Source of the DNA: an uncultured virus (IMG/VR IMGVR_UViG_3300002162_000001)
Lineage: Duplodnaviria; Heunggongvirae; Uroviricota; Caudoviricetes
Virus record (IMG/VR): IMGVR_UViG_3300002162_000001
Span: 1 to 64,000 of that record
Direction: 5' to 3' (one strand)
DNA length: 64,000 nucleotides
Under the pieces are notes generated by a model. It made no database searches. It was not told the origin of the DNA and saw only the letters and a list, made by a program, of their open reading frames with translations. This document shows, in pieces, positions 10,961-20,782 of this stretch. Position 1 is the stretch's first letter, and the number at the start of each line of letters is the position of its first letter. The position numbers were made by a program, and so were the translations under genes.

Positions 10961-11500
10961 TTATTGAGATAACTCCTTTTCAAAGTATTCCTTGACCTTT
11001 AACCATCCTGTCAATCTAAAAAATCTAGTTTCATCTTGATTGTGCATGGCATCAAATAATAATCCTCTACCATGAAATGTCTCTAAGTTATGAATTCCGT
11101 CATCGATTAAAAAGTCAGTATGAACCAAGCTTTTATTGTTACAGAAGATTATATTTTGATATGGGATACACGGAAAGAATTCGGCCAGCCATGCTCCTTT
11201 ATCCCCACAAACCCCGTAATGAGCTGAACTTACAATATAGACATCATAATATTCACATAGCCATTCAACTACCTTTTGTGCGTTGGGTTGTATTTCTAAA
11301 TCCCTAAAGAACCCAGGGATAGCCAGAAAGCTATAGATATCATTACCACATTCAGGTTTTACAAATTCGGTTATTCCCCAAGCCGTCACATCTTCCATTC
11401 TCATATCATCATTATATTTTTCATTATAAGCTTTAAACCATTTCTTATTGAGATTATTAAGGACTTGATCTAGGTCTATTCCAACGGTCAATTTAGGCAT
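10961..11500 (-). CDS. 5'(3')-deoxyribonucleotidase (HAD/NT5C family)
   Basis: 'GIDLDQVL', 'K..WL', 'DFLIDD'. Confidence 0.85.
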   Translation of the reverse strand: MPKLTVGIDLDQVLNNLNKKWFKAYNEKYNDDMRMEDVTAWGITEFVKPECGNDIYSFLAIPGFFRDLEIQPNAQKVVEWLCEYYDVYIVSSAHYGVCGDKGAWLAEFFPCIPYQNIIFCNNKSLVHTDFLIDDGIHNLETFHGRGLLFDAMHNQDETRFFRLTGWLKVKEYFEKELSQ

Positions 11501-12025
11501 TTATACCACCATCCTAGTTTTCATATTTTGAATAATTTCATTTGCAGCAATATCCTTGCTTATATTTCTAATAGTAAAATCAACTTCAAATTCTACGCCT
11601 CTAAAAGTATCTCTATCTGATATAATCCTTCTGCATAGCTCTGTAATTTCATCTCCTCTATCAATCAATCTTAATAATCTTTTACGTTCAGGAACCTCTA
11701 TAAAGAAAGAAATCACTTTAACTCCATCTCTTTTTAGACTCCTAAACCCACAAGGATCAACAACGACTATTCTGTCATTTCCACAATCTTCTTTTGCCAT
11801 TCCATAATGCCATCCTCTATAGTTACTAGTTTCTATAAAGCAATTATGCATATCTTTTTCACTAAATTCCTCTTCCGTTATAAACTGATATTCAACTCCA
11901 TTAGTTTCCCCTACTCTCATAGGTCTTGTAGTATAGCTGACAACTGGTTTCAGACTGGTTAGCTCTACTACCTTATTCATTAAAGTATCCTTACCACTTG
12001 CAGAATGTCCTATTATTACTACCAT
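11501..12025 (-). CDS. gmk: Guanylate kinase-like protein
   Basis: 'GHSASGKDT', 'VSYTTRPMRVGETNGVEYQF'. Confidence 0.9.
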   Translation of the reverse strand: MVVIIGHSASGKDTLMNKVVELTSLKPVVSYTTRPMRVGETNGVEYQFITEEEFSEKDMHNCFIETSNYRGWHYGMAKEDCGNDRIVVVDPCGFRSLKRDGVKVISFFIEVPERKRLLRLIDRGDEITELCRRIISDRDTFRGVEFEVDFTIRNISKDIAANEIIQNMKTRMVV

Positions 12026-12101
12026 ATACCTTCACTCCTTCATATAATTTTAGAGAGAATATTTCATCTCTCATTTAAAATTCAAATTTTATATTACAAT
12101 A

Positions 12102-12824
12102 CTATTTATTATCAACCTTTTCTTTTAGAGCATATTTCCCATGATATGTTTCTTCTAAAGTTTTTCTACAATCAATTGCGTCTTGTTTATTTTTAAACCA
12201 TTTTGTTATACTTTTCCTGTTTATTCTTATTGATGCATACCAACCATCTCCTTTTTTATCATATAAAACACCTTTTACACCACTTTTATTTCTTGATGAT
12301 ATTATTTGATTCATACCATTTTGACTTGAAGTGACTAATCTTAATTCCGATTTCCTATTGTCAATTGTTTTATGATAAATATGGTCTACAGCTTCATCTT
12401 CTTTTGCATTTGTTATCAACCTATGCATTGATAAAGTGGTTCGAGTTTTAGAAATTTGTGAAGTTATGGTTGTTCTGATATATTGATGCTCGTCATAACC
12501 CCAACAATAACTTTTAATCTTGTCATAATCTTCTAAATCAAAATAGAAAGGTTGTTCTTTTAAAGTGTAACCAATTCCATATTCTCCAGATAAATCATAC
12601 GTGTTGTATTTTTTATTTCTTTTGAATAATAACTTTTTTCGAAGGCAACCACAAGATTTAGAATTTCCAGATTTTAATGAATTCCCAGCAACTATGATAT
12701 TTTTATTTCCACAACTACAATCACATTGCCACATTGCAGTCCCAAATTTATTAACTGACACTCTTTTAATAACAGTTAATCTCCCAAATATCATATCTTT
12801 TAAATCAATAATCGGTCTTCCCAT
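12102..12824 (-). CDS. HNH homing endonuclease with AP2-like C-terminal domain
   Basis: 'WQCDCSCG...SCGC', 'MHRLI...VDHI...DNRKSELR...QN..N', 'SGVKGV'. Confidence 0.85.
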   Translation of the reverse strand: MGRPIIDLKDMIFGRLTVIKRVSVNKFGTAMWQCDCSCGNKNIIVAGNSLKSGNSKSCGCLRKKLLFKRNKKYNTYDLSGEYGIGYTLKEQPFYFDLEDYDKIKSYCWGYDEHQYIRTTITSQISKTRTTLSMHRLITNAKEDEAVDHIYHKTIDNRKSELRLVTSSQNGMNQIISSRNKSGVKGVLYDKKGDGWYASIRINRKSITKWFKNKQDAIDCRKTLEETYHGKYALKEKVDNK

Positions 12825-12841
12825 GATTCTAATTCTCCTTT

Positions 12842-13405
12842 TTATTTAACGCTGACTATTTCAGAAGTTGATTCTGTTGAAATTATTGTGGATAGATTCA
12901 TTCCATTCACAGAGTTAATTGGTTCTCCGTCAATTATTTTAACTATTTTCTTCAGATTCAACCAGTCCAGCGTAATTACCGTTTCTGTTTTTGCATAAGT
13001 TGGGAAGTTGGCTAGAATCTGTTCTGACGTAAGTTCAGGTTTGATTAATTTAATAGCGGATTTTTTAATAATTACATCGCCTGCAAGATACGTCTTTTTA
13101 AACTGTGTTTTAGTTTCATTAGCATCTCCAGCAGCCTTGACAGTATTTTTGATATTGAATAACTGCCATTGTATCTTATTTTCTATCCCTAGAACTTTTG
13201 AATCCCTCATGAATTTAAGCATTTCAACTTTTTCTTTATATAAAGAATTAAGTCTTTCTTTTTCTACTTCGAGATCCTTAACTAATTCTATTGCATTATC
13301 AATTTCACCCTCGGTTTGAAATGAGTATTGACTAGCCTCTCTTTGATCCTCTTCGTCTGGGAATAACTGAGCAAATAATTCTGATAATTGTGTATTTTCT
13401 TCCAT
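12842..13405 (-). CDS. Gam-like host-nuclease inhibitor
   Basis: N-terminal coiled coil then 'KTYLAGDV', 'LDWLNLKK' pattern of Gam-family proteins. Confidence 0.6.
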   Translation of the reverse strand: MEENTQLSELFAQLFPDEEDQREASQYSFQTEGEIDNAIELVKDLEVEKERLNSLYKEKVEMLKFMRDSKVLGIENKIQWQLFNIKNTVKAAGDANETKTQFKKTYLAGDVIIKKSAIKLIKPELTSEQILANFPTYAKTETVITLDWLNLKKIVKIIDGEPINSVNGMNLSTIISTESTSEIVSVK

Positions 13406-13408
13406 AAT

Positions 13409-13741
13409 TTATAATCCTCCTTTAGATAATTTGTAATTTTCTATTAATTTCTCTCTACTTATACCTAATCGTTCCAATGCAAATTTTAATAATGTATCAT
13501 CTTCGAAGTCATCTTCTCTACAATATTTGCAAGATCGTTCTTGGTTACTCTCACATTCCCAACATTCTTGTTCACAAGCTTCATTATCCTCATACCCTAA
13601 TTTACAATGTTCTTCTTCGTATCCATCTGTTTGAGCACATTCTAAAGAACACCATTTTCTGCCACATTCGCACCTTTCAAAATCACCACATTCACAAACT
13701 GATTCTCCACACACTTCACAATCGAAAAAGTCTACACTCAT
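13409..13741 (-). CDS. Cys-rich hypothetical protein
   Basis: Multiple CxxC motifs; paralogue of 13741-14139. Confidence 0.7.
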   Translation of the reverse strand: MSVDFFDCEVCGESVCECGDFERCECGRKWCSLECAQTDGYEEEHCKLGYEDNEACEQECWECESNQERSCKYCREDDFEDDTLLKFALERLGISREKLIENYKLSKGGL

Positions 13742-14139
13742 TAAACTTGACCTCCTTTAGATTTTTGATAAGCTTCTGTTAATTCTTCCTTTGACATGTT
13801 TAAATATTTATCTAGTGCAAAATCTAGTAAGTCATCATTGTGAACTTCCGTGCCACTACAGAAAGGACAGTACTTTGAATCAATGCCTACATCATCAATG
13901 ATATCTCCTATTTCATAACCATATCCAGTTCCTTCTCCTTTGGCATGTATCCCATAATATTCCTTCTGTTCTTTCGTACCATCAAATTTAACTTTGTATT
14001 CATAAGCGTACCTTGAATCTAAATCATCATTTATCAGGCAACTAGTGCATAGACTATGCCCACATTTAGAACAACTAGCTACATATTCCTCATATACTGC
14101 TTCTCCACAACAATCGCATGGTGTATCATTTACCGACAT
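13741..14139 (-). CDS. Cys-rich hypothetical protein
   Basis: Multiple CxxC motifs; paralogue of 13409-13741. Confidence 0.7.
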   Translation of the reverse strand: MSVNDTPCDCCGEAVYEEYVASCSKCGHSLCTSCLINDDLDSRYAYEYKVKFDGTKEQKEYYGIHAKGEGTGYGYEIGDIIDDVGIDSKYCPFCSGTEVHNDDLLDFALDKYLNMSKEELTEAYQKSKGGQV

Positions 14140-14193
14140 TTATAACGACCTCCTCTAAATTTTTGTTATTATAAAAACCCGATTTTAAGATAG

Positions 14194-14781
14194 TTATTTA
14201 CCTGAACTTCCAAGATGTCTCATACCTCTTTTAGATGGAATTCTTTTCATTTCAGTTACCGTCATCTCTACTACCTCTGTTTTAGGAACTGGTATTAATA
14301 ACGCCTGACATATCGCTTTTGTATCAGGATATATTGTTACAATTCCTTCAGCATAATGACTTTGTGTCGTTATAATATCTTTAGTTATGATGATGGACTT
14401 ATTTGTAGTGTTATTAATAGGAATGAACCATTCCCCTCTATAGCCACTATCTATGACCCCGCAACGTTGAGACATTCCTTTTGTTCCAGTCGAACCTCTC
14501 TCTTTAAGTATGAATCCATAATCCTCAGAACACGCTGACATAATACCTGTTGGAATAAGTTTGATTTCTCCTGGTTGTATATATATTTCGTCTTCATCAA
14601 AACACGCATAAATATCATAAGCCATGTTTTCATCCTCTTTAGAAGGCATAATCGCTTCTCTCTTTAATTTTGCAAAATAAATTCTAATAACTGGGGTACC
14701 TTTATAATTTCCTATAAATCCTTCTCCTGTAATTTCTCCATTTTCTCCATTTAATATATTCATATTTCCTTTTCTCCTCAC
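14194..14781 (-). CDS. dut: Trimeric dUTPase (start probably ATG at 14763)
   Basis: 'AYDIYA', 'ERGS', 'GVIDSGYRGE', 'KRG..LGSSG'. Confidence 0.93.
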   Translation of the reverse strand: MRRKGNMNILNGENGEITGEGFIGNYKGTPVIRIYFAKLKREAIMPSKEDENMAYDIYACFDEDEIYIQPGEIKLIPTGIMSACSEDYGFILKERGSTGTKGMSQRCGVIDSGYRGEWFIPINNTTNKSIIITKDIITTQSHYAEGIVTIYPDTKAICQALLIPVPKTEVVEMTVTEMKRIPSKRGMRHLGSSGK

Positions 14782-14813
14782 GACAGTAGGATTTGTCAGC
14801 CCATATTACAATA

Positions 14814-15305
14814 CTATTTAGTATAAAGAATAACTTTATTTTGTTTTAAACTTTCTTTACAGTCTATGACTCTCTGATTAGAACTCCCTCTCCACATTAA
14901 TTTCTCGTCATATAGAGATTTTACAAATTGACCATCAATCAAAACATCAACATAATTAAGAACATCGAAACCTTTAATATTCTCAAATATATTCCCCGTC
15001 CATACCCAAATTGTTTTACTGGGATATTCCTCTTTGATTATTTTACAAAGTTCAGTAACTCCAAGAATATTGTAAGGCTCCAGTGGCTCCCCACCTAATA
15101 TTGATAAATCTTTACTGATATCTTTTTCCAGCAACTTGATAATCTTATCTATATGATCTTCTGAAAAGTCTTTACCTGAACTAGTTTCCCAGTATGCTTC
15201 ACCATGACAGCCATCACAATGAAAATGACATCCACTTACCCAAAGACTAACTCTAACTCCTTCTCCATTATTTATATCAAAATCCTTAATAGATGTTATT
15301 TTCAT
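14814..15305 (-). CDS. nrdG: Anaerobic ribonucleotide reductase activase
   Basis: 'NGEGVRVSLWVSGCHFHCDGC', 'GGEP', 'RGSSNQ'. Confidence 0.95.
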   Translation of the reverse strand: MKITSIKDFDINNGEGVRVSLWVSGCHFHCDGCHGEAYWETSSGKDFSEDHIDKIIKLLEKDISKDLSILGGEPLEPYNILGVTELCKIIKEEYPSKTIWVWTGNIFENIKGFDVLNYVDVLIDGQFVKSLYDEKLMWRGSSNQRVIDCKESLKQNKVILYTK

Positions 15306-17449
15306 ATTTCTACCTCAAAATCAAAATGATCTACTCTATCATCTGTTTCAGCTACTTTACCAACATTGAACCTTGTATCTCCTTTGAGTTTCTTATATCC
15401 TAGATAGCCACAAACTCTATCAATTTCAGTTATATTTGTACTTCCGCATTTAGGACAAACTCCATCTTTAAATTCACCTTCAGCGTAGCAGTCATCACAA
15501 TTATCTAACTCAAGATTTATACCTTCATATAATCCCTTCTTCATTCCTTCATCTATAATTTGCTTTATAGCTTTTTTATTCTTTGTAGTTGGAAACTCTG
15601 AATAATGGATTCTACCACCGATAGATAAATTAAACATTGGAAGTTCTATATCTTGTTTCTGGATCGGATTTATATGAGCTTTTACATCTACATGAAAACT
15701 ATTCATATAATATTTCTTATCTGTTACACCTGGAATTTCTCCATATTTTTCTTTGTCTTTATCTAGCATTTTGTAACAAAGACCTTCAGCCGGAGTACCA
15801 TAAATAGCAAATAATAAATCATATTCCTTAATTGCTTTATTTTTTAATTCTTCTATCCTTGTAAGGACTTTAATAGCAAAACTGTTGTCCTCATGTATAT
15901 GTTTTCCGGTCATAGAATAACTCGCTTCGTCTAATCCTATATAACCATAGCTCCAAGTGAATGTTTTTATAGCAGCTTCGATTGTATCATTAGAATCTAA
16001 TTTGATATGACAGCCACCTTCACAAAAGAATAGTGGATTTGATGAAGCTTTAACATCTTTTAATTTTTCATAAGTCCATAGATGTACTTGAGTTGCTAAG
16101 TTAAAATTCTTTTCTAATAATTCAAAATAAATCTTCTCGTCACCTTTAGCTTCTATGGCATATCTAACTGTATTTAATGTGACAGCTCCACAGTTAGCTC
16201 TACCAATGAATATAGGTACATCAGTTTCATCTAATGGATTTATACCACCCTTTACATACCAAGGACTAAGGAAAGCTCTACATCCCATAGGTGATACTGC
16301 TAATCCATACTTGTCAAACATTTTTCCTAGATATCCAGCATCTAATGAAAGTTGGTCAGGATACATTCTTGTCATCATGCAATTAACTGATAACTCATAT
16401 AAATCATAGTTAGGATCTCCTTCTTGTCCGTTGATTCCATCTCTATGTAGAAATACAAGTTTTGGGAAAACTGGAGTAAGGTGTTGTCTACCTAATCCGG
16501 TTATTCTATTGTCTAAAATTGCTTTAGAAATCATTCGCCCTTCTTTTGTAGTATTTAACCCAAAGGTCATATCAACGAAAGGAGTTTGAGTGTTACTGTT
16601 ACTAATTGTGTTTAATCTTGTTTCTACGGCCTGAAATCCTTGTTCTAATGCCCTCTCTACATACTTTTCAGCTAAGTCAATAATCTTTTCTTCCGATATA
16701 AGACCATTAAGCTGCTCTGTATAGTATTTCTTAGATTTTATTAAAGCCTTCTTAACATAAGGTTCCCCAACATCATCTATCTGAGCAATAGTAAATCCAC
16801 CATATTGCTGTGAGCTTGCTTCCAGGATAATATCTGAGAATACTCTCATAAATGATTCAGCACTTGTAGGTTCTGTATACTGAATACCATTTAACTCAAA
16901 TCCATCCTTCAAGAGATTAGCCATATCAAATAGATTACAATTAATTCCATTAAATAATCTATCTCCTAAATCATGATAATATATATCTCCATCTTTATGT
17001 GCTTGAGCCAAGACTTTAGGAAGTTCATATTCAAGCATTATTTGCTTTGATAATTCATTAACTAATAATCCTTTTTTAGTGCTTACCAAGAGACTATTTT
17101 TATTAGCATTTTCTTTATCTCCTGAATACACTATCCGGTTACTATCTTCTACAAGATCATTAAATACGTTTGTAAATCTCTTTTTATAATCCCTATAACT
17201 TTGATATTCTTTAAATACATCGTTGTCTATACGATATAAAGCAACTTGTACTATCTCATGTATTTCAGCTACGGTTGCTATTTTTACTTGTTTGTCTTCC
17301 ATTATTGATTTAATCTCTAAATATAACCTCGCAGACGTAAAATCTTTGCCTATTACTTTGCCCACTCTGTCAGCAGATTTCTGTACGGCTTTAAGTATTT
17401 TAGAGAAATCGAAATCCTCTTGTAAACCATTCTTTTTAATTACTTTCAT
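15302..17449 (-). CDS. nrdD: Class III anaerobic ribonucleoside-triphosphate reductase
   Basis: N-terminal ATP cone, 'PMGCR', 'YGTPAEGL', C-terminal CxxC...CPxCG and 'RVCGY' glycyl-radical motif. Confidence 0.97.
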   Translation of the reverse strand: MKVIKKNGLQEDFDFSKILKAVQKSADRVGKVIGKDFTSARLYLEIKSIMEDKQVKIATVAEIHEIVQVALYRIDNDVFKEYQSYRDYKKRFTNVFNDLVEDSNRIVYSGDKENANKNSLLVSTKKGLLVNELSKQIMLEYELPKVLAQAHKDGDIYYHDLGDRLFNGINCNLFDMANLLKDGFELNGIQYTEPTSAESFMRVFSDIILEASSQQYGGFTIAQIDDVGEPYVKKALIKSKKYYTEQLNGLISEEKIIDLAEKYVERALEQGFQAVETRLNTISNSNTQTPFVDMTFGLNTTKEGRMISKAILDNRITGLGRQHLTPVFPKLVFLHRDGINGQEGDPNYDLYELSVNCMMTRMYPDQLSLDAGYLGKMFDKYGLAVSPMGCRAFLSPWYVKGGINPLDETDVPIFIGRANCGAVTLNTVRYAIEAKGDEKIYFELLEKNFNLATQVHLWTYEKLKDVKASSNPLFFCEGGCHIKLDSNDTIEAAIKTFTWSYGYIGLDEASYSMTGKHIHEDNSFAIKVLTRIEELKNKAIKEYDLLFAIYGTPAEGLCYKMLDKDKEKYGEIPGVTDKKYYMNSFHVDVKAHINPIQKQDIELPMFNLSIGGRIHYSEFPTTKNKKAIKQIIDEGMKKGLYEGINLELDNCDDCYAEGEFKDGVCPKCGSTNITEIDRVCGYLGYKKLKGDTRFNVGKVAETDDRVDHFDFEVEI

Positions 17450-17686
17450 AAATACCTCCCATTATGTCTAATAAAAATTAAGTTTTATATTAAATGTTAA
17501 ATTACCTACCTATTCTGATATTTTTATTGTTACAGTTTCTAGCCATGCACAGATGAACATTGCAACATAATCCATCAATATTATCTGTACATCTAGTAGT
17601 ACATTTCTTATCTTTCCAATAATCATTTTCTAACTTCTTAAAAAATTTCTTGAACATGATATGTTTCCTTTCCTGAATTATAAATT

Positions 17687-19704
17687 TTAAAAATCATACT
17701 GTGCAGAAATAGATACAACATCAAAAGAATGTAGACTAAAACATCTTTCTCTAAATTGTTTTGCTTCTTCCTTACTTTTAAATGGTTTAGCAAAAGCAAT
17801 ATCATCAGTCTCTTCTCCTCTATAAGTACCGTATTTACCTCTTCCTATCGTTGAGTATAAAACAAAATAATCTGAATATGTTTTAAACATTACTTATTTC
17901 TCCCTTCTTTTAAAATTGAGATTTTAAGTTAGATAATTTTAATATTTTAATATTTTGTCATAGATTACAGTTTTACCATCTCTTGTTAAATCATCTAAAT
18001 TAATTTCTGGATATTCTGGATTATCTAATTTTCTCTCTTTTAATAGCGTCCAAATCTCTGAGTTAACTATATTAACAATAACTTTACCTTCTGCCATACC
18101 AACCCACAAAGGTTCTCTATTAGATGTCTCACATGCTCTTGTCACTATTCTTTTTGCGTAACAATCCTCACATTCATAAATCTTATCTTGAAATATCCAT
18201 CCATAACTACCATCATCATATTCACTTATATAAACAGTATAATTTATAGTTGCGTATGGTTTAAATTTGTGTTCACATTTCTTAGTCATTTACTGACAAT
18301 CTCCTTTCTATTAAAATTTTCATTTTAAATTAAACTTCTACAGACCATATACCATTTTCATTTATATAAGCATCACATAAAGCTACATCTTTCTTTGTTC
18401 CATCTTGATATATTACTTCTCCATAATCCTGTAGCTTGAAGATGTCATTTTCTTTTAGATCTTTAAATTCAATCTCTATCCAGTCATTATTTTTTAATAC
18501 TTTACATACTCTTTTATTCACAATAAGTCCTCCTTATACAATACTATTTAATATACCATTTGCCTTCTAAAATTTGTTTCATGTTTACTGAACCATCTTC
18601 ATCAATAAGAACTCCAGCTCCGTTAACTTTAAAATCATATCTGCTACTACCGATTATACAATAAATATCTTTACCATCTTGCTTGGCTTGAGCTGCTTCC
18701 ATGAAAGGAACTGGTATAGGTTCAAATTTCAATACAGTAAAGGTTCTAATTTGTAACGCTGGAGATACAGGATAACCTTCTTCATTCATATATCCTAATG
18801 CTAAATTTCCAGCCATATGATCCTTTACGAGATAAGTCATTCCATTATCTCCGAGTAATTTATCTCCTTCCTTCAACTCTTTTCTGTCAATCATTTTAAG
18901 AACTTCCCAACCCTTTAATTCTTTCATTGTAACGACCTCCTCATAATCTTCTATCATCTCTTCGCTCCAAGAGTATCTTCCTTCATCTATATCTAGTGCA
19001 TAATCATATTTAGTTGTAAGTAGTCTTGTAATTTTAGCTACTTTACCGCCAAGGCTTATCATTTCTCCATTAATAAAAATATCATAATCAGTTCCGTCTA
19101 CATAACCTTGTATCAAATCCTCTTTGATTCTTACTTGATCTCCAACTTTATGTTTCAATATAATCTCCTCCTCATAATCATATGCCTGTCTATTAAATAT
19201 TTCCCATGTAGTTTTATTTACGTTATAGTAACTACCCTCTTCTGTGATTAAATCCGAACCAGTTTTCACACCTAAGATGTTAGATTTATCATCAGTATCT
19301 AAGACTACCTTTGTACCATCCTCTAATTGTAGAACTTCCTCCATTGATAATTTTTTACCTTTCATAAACCTTTTCTCCTTTCAATATAATATTATTTAAT
19401 ATAAAACTAAAATTTTATAAGATGTCTACTCGTTGAAGTCTTTTAGCTGATAAATTGCATTTCTAGTAGTTACCGTTACACCATTGTTCGTTTCTTCAAA
19501 GTTTTCAACGTTGCTAGTCATAAGAGTTCCATGTCCATCTGAATATTCAAAGAACATAGGTGTACTAACATTTAGATTTTGAATCTTTCCAATTTTACCA
19601 ACTCTATACTGATGTGAATCCTTTGGTGTCTTACCATCTTTTTCAAGAACAGCTATTACTATAAGGGTATCTTCATAACTATGTTTTGACATTTGATACA
19701 TCAC
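17687..19704 (-). other. Hypothetical genes (17687-17890, 17939-18289, 18330-18521, 18544-19365, 19426-19704)
   Basis: Co-oriented ORFs with RBSs; 18544-19365 has a KOW/SH3-like 'KVGDQVRI' module. Confidence 0.6.
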
Positions 19705-19735
19705 TCCTTTCGGTTAAGATTTTGTCTACCCTCTT

Positions 19736-19764
19736 ATAATACTACAATACTATTTATTATGCAA
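19736..19764 (-). promoter_or_regulatory. SigmaA promoter with motif A as spacer
   Basis: TTGCAT-aataaatagtattgtag-TATTAT. Confidence 0.8.
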
Positions 19765-19770
19765 GTAATT

Positions 19771-20502
19771 TTAAGAAATTCTTTCAGTTGCAATATCAAA
19801 ATATTTCTTATCTAATTCAATGCCTATGAATTTTCTATTTAGATTTTTACATGCTAATCCAGTTGTCCCTGAGCCCATAGTAAAATCTAAGACTAAATCT
19901 CTTTCATTTGTATAAGTCTTAATTAAATATTCCATTAAAGCTAATGGCTTCTGTGTCGGATGTAAATTACAAGTTTGTTTATCACTCTTAAATAATTGTA
20001 CATCTCTAGGATATCTTTCGGTACTATCATAAGTAGTTAGCTGAGTATTTGCATTATAGCAATCACTATCTTTACAATTAACTTTAGATTCTGCCTTACT
20101 AATTTTTCTTTCGTGCCCTGCAGTCTTTTGAAAATTATAAGTGGGAAGCTTCTTATAGAATACCAAAATATTCTCATGTGCTTTCATTGGCATTTTCTTT
20201 GCATTTTGAAAACCAGTTGCTGCAGTCTTTTCCCATATCCATTCATACTTTAAATTCTGTAAATTACTACAACCTAGTACTTTATCAAATGGTGTCTGTG
20301 CAAATAATACTGCAGGTGTATTATCATAACTCATAGCATTTATTCTGTCCCACATTATATCTAAAGGTATTACAGCATCCCATTTACATTTTGTTGTACC
20401 ATAAGGAATATCAGTTAAAATTAACTTAGCTTTTATGCCTTGTTGGATAAGTTTCTCCATTTCTTCTAAACATTCTCCATTTATTAATTCTATGTCTTCG
20501 AT
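19771..20502 (-). CDS. Orphan N6/N4 DNA methyltransferase (beta class)
   Basis: 'TDIPYG', 'HPTQKP', 'LDFTMGSGTTG'; in-frame upstream 'LINGECLEEM' extends the ORF past the called ATG (20460). Confidence 0.9.
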   Translation of the reverse strand: MEDIELINGECLEEMEKLIQQGIKAKLILTDIPYGTTKCKWDAVIPLDIMWDRINAMSYDNTPAVLFAQTPFDKVLGCSNLQNLKYEWIWEKTAATGFQNAKKMPMKAHENILVFYKKLPTYNFQKTAGHERKISKAESKVNCKDSDCYNANTQLTTYDSTERYPRDVQLFKSDKQTCNLHPTQKPLALMEYLIKTYTNERDLVLDFTMGSGTTGLACKNLNRKFIGIELDKKYFDIATERIS

Positions 20503-20537
20503 AACGACCAGTCCTTTCGTATAAAAGATACTTTTGA

Positions 20538-20756
20538 TTAGATTATATTTAACTTTGTATTGATTCTCTTACCTTTTACAACATCTTCTAAAACAGTACT
20601 CATTAACTTATTTTGAGAATAACTATCAATAGGAATTTTGATTTCAGCGAAACTATTTATAAGAGAGTTCATTACACTATCAGTAATCCTATCGTTCATA
20701 CGTTTTACAGCCCAACTAACTATTTCATCAAACATCATACCCTTTTCTAATTCCAT
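20538..20756 (-). CDS. Hypothetical protein
   Basis: 72 aa with AGGAGG RBS. Confidence 0.6.
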   Translation of the reverse strand: MELEKGMMFDEIVSWAVKRMNDRITDSVMNSLINSFAEIKIPIDSYSQNKLMSTVLEDVVKGKRINTKLNII

Positions 20757-20782
20757 ATTAACCTCCTATAATATTATTTAAT

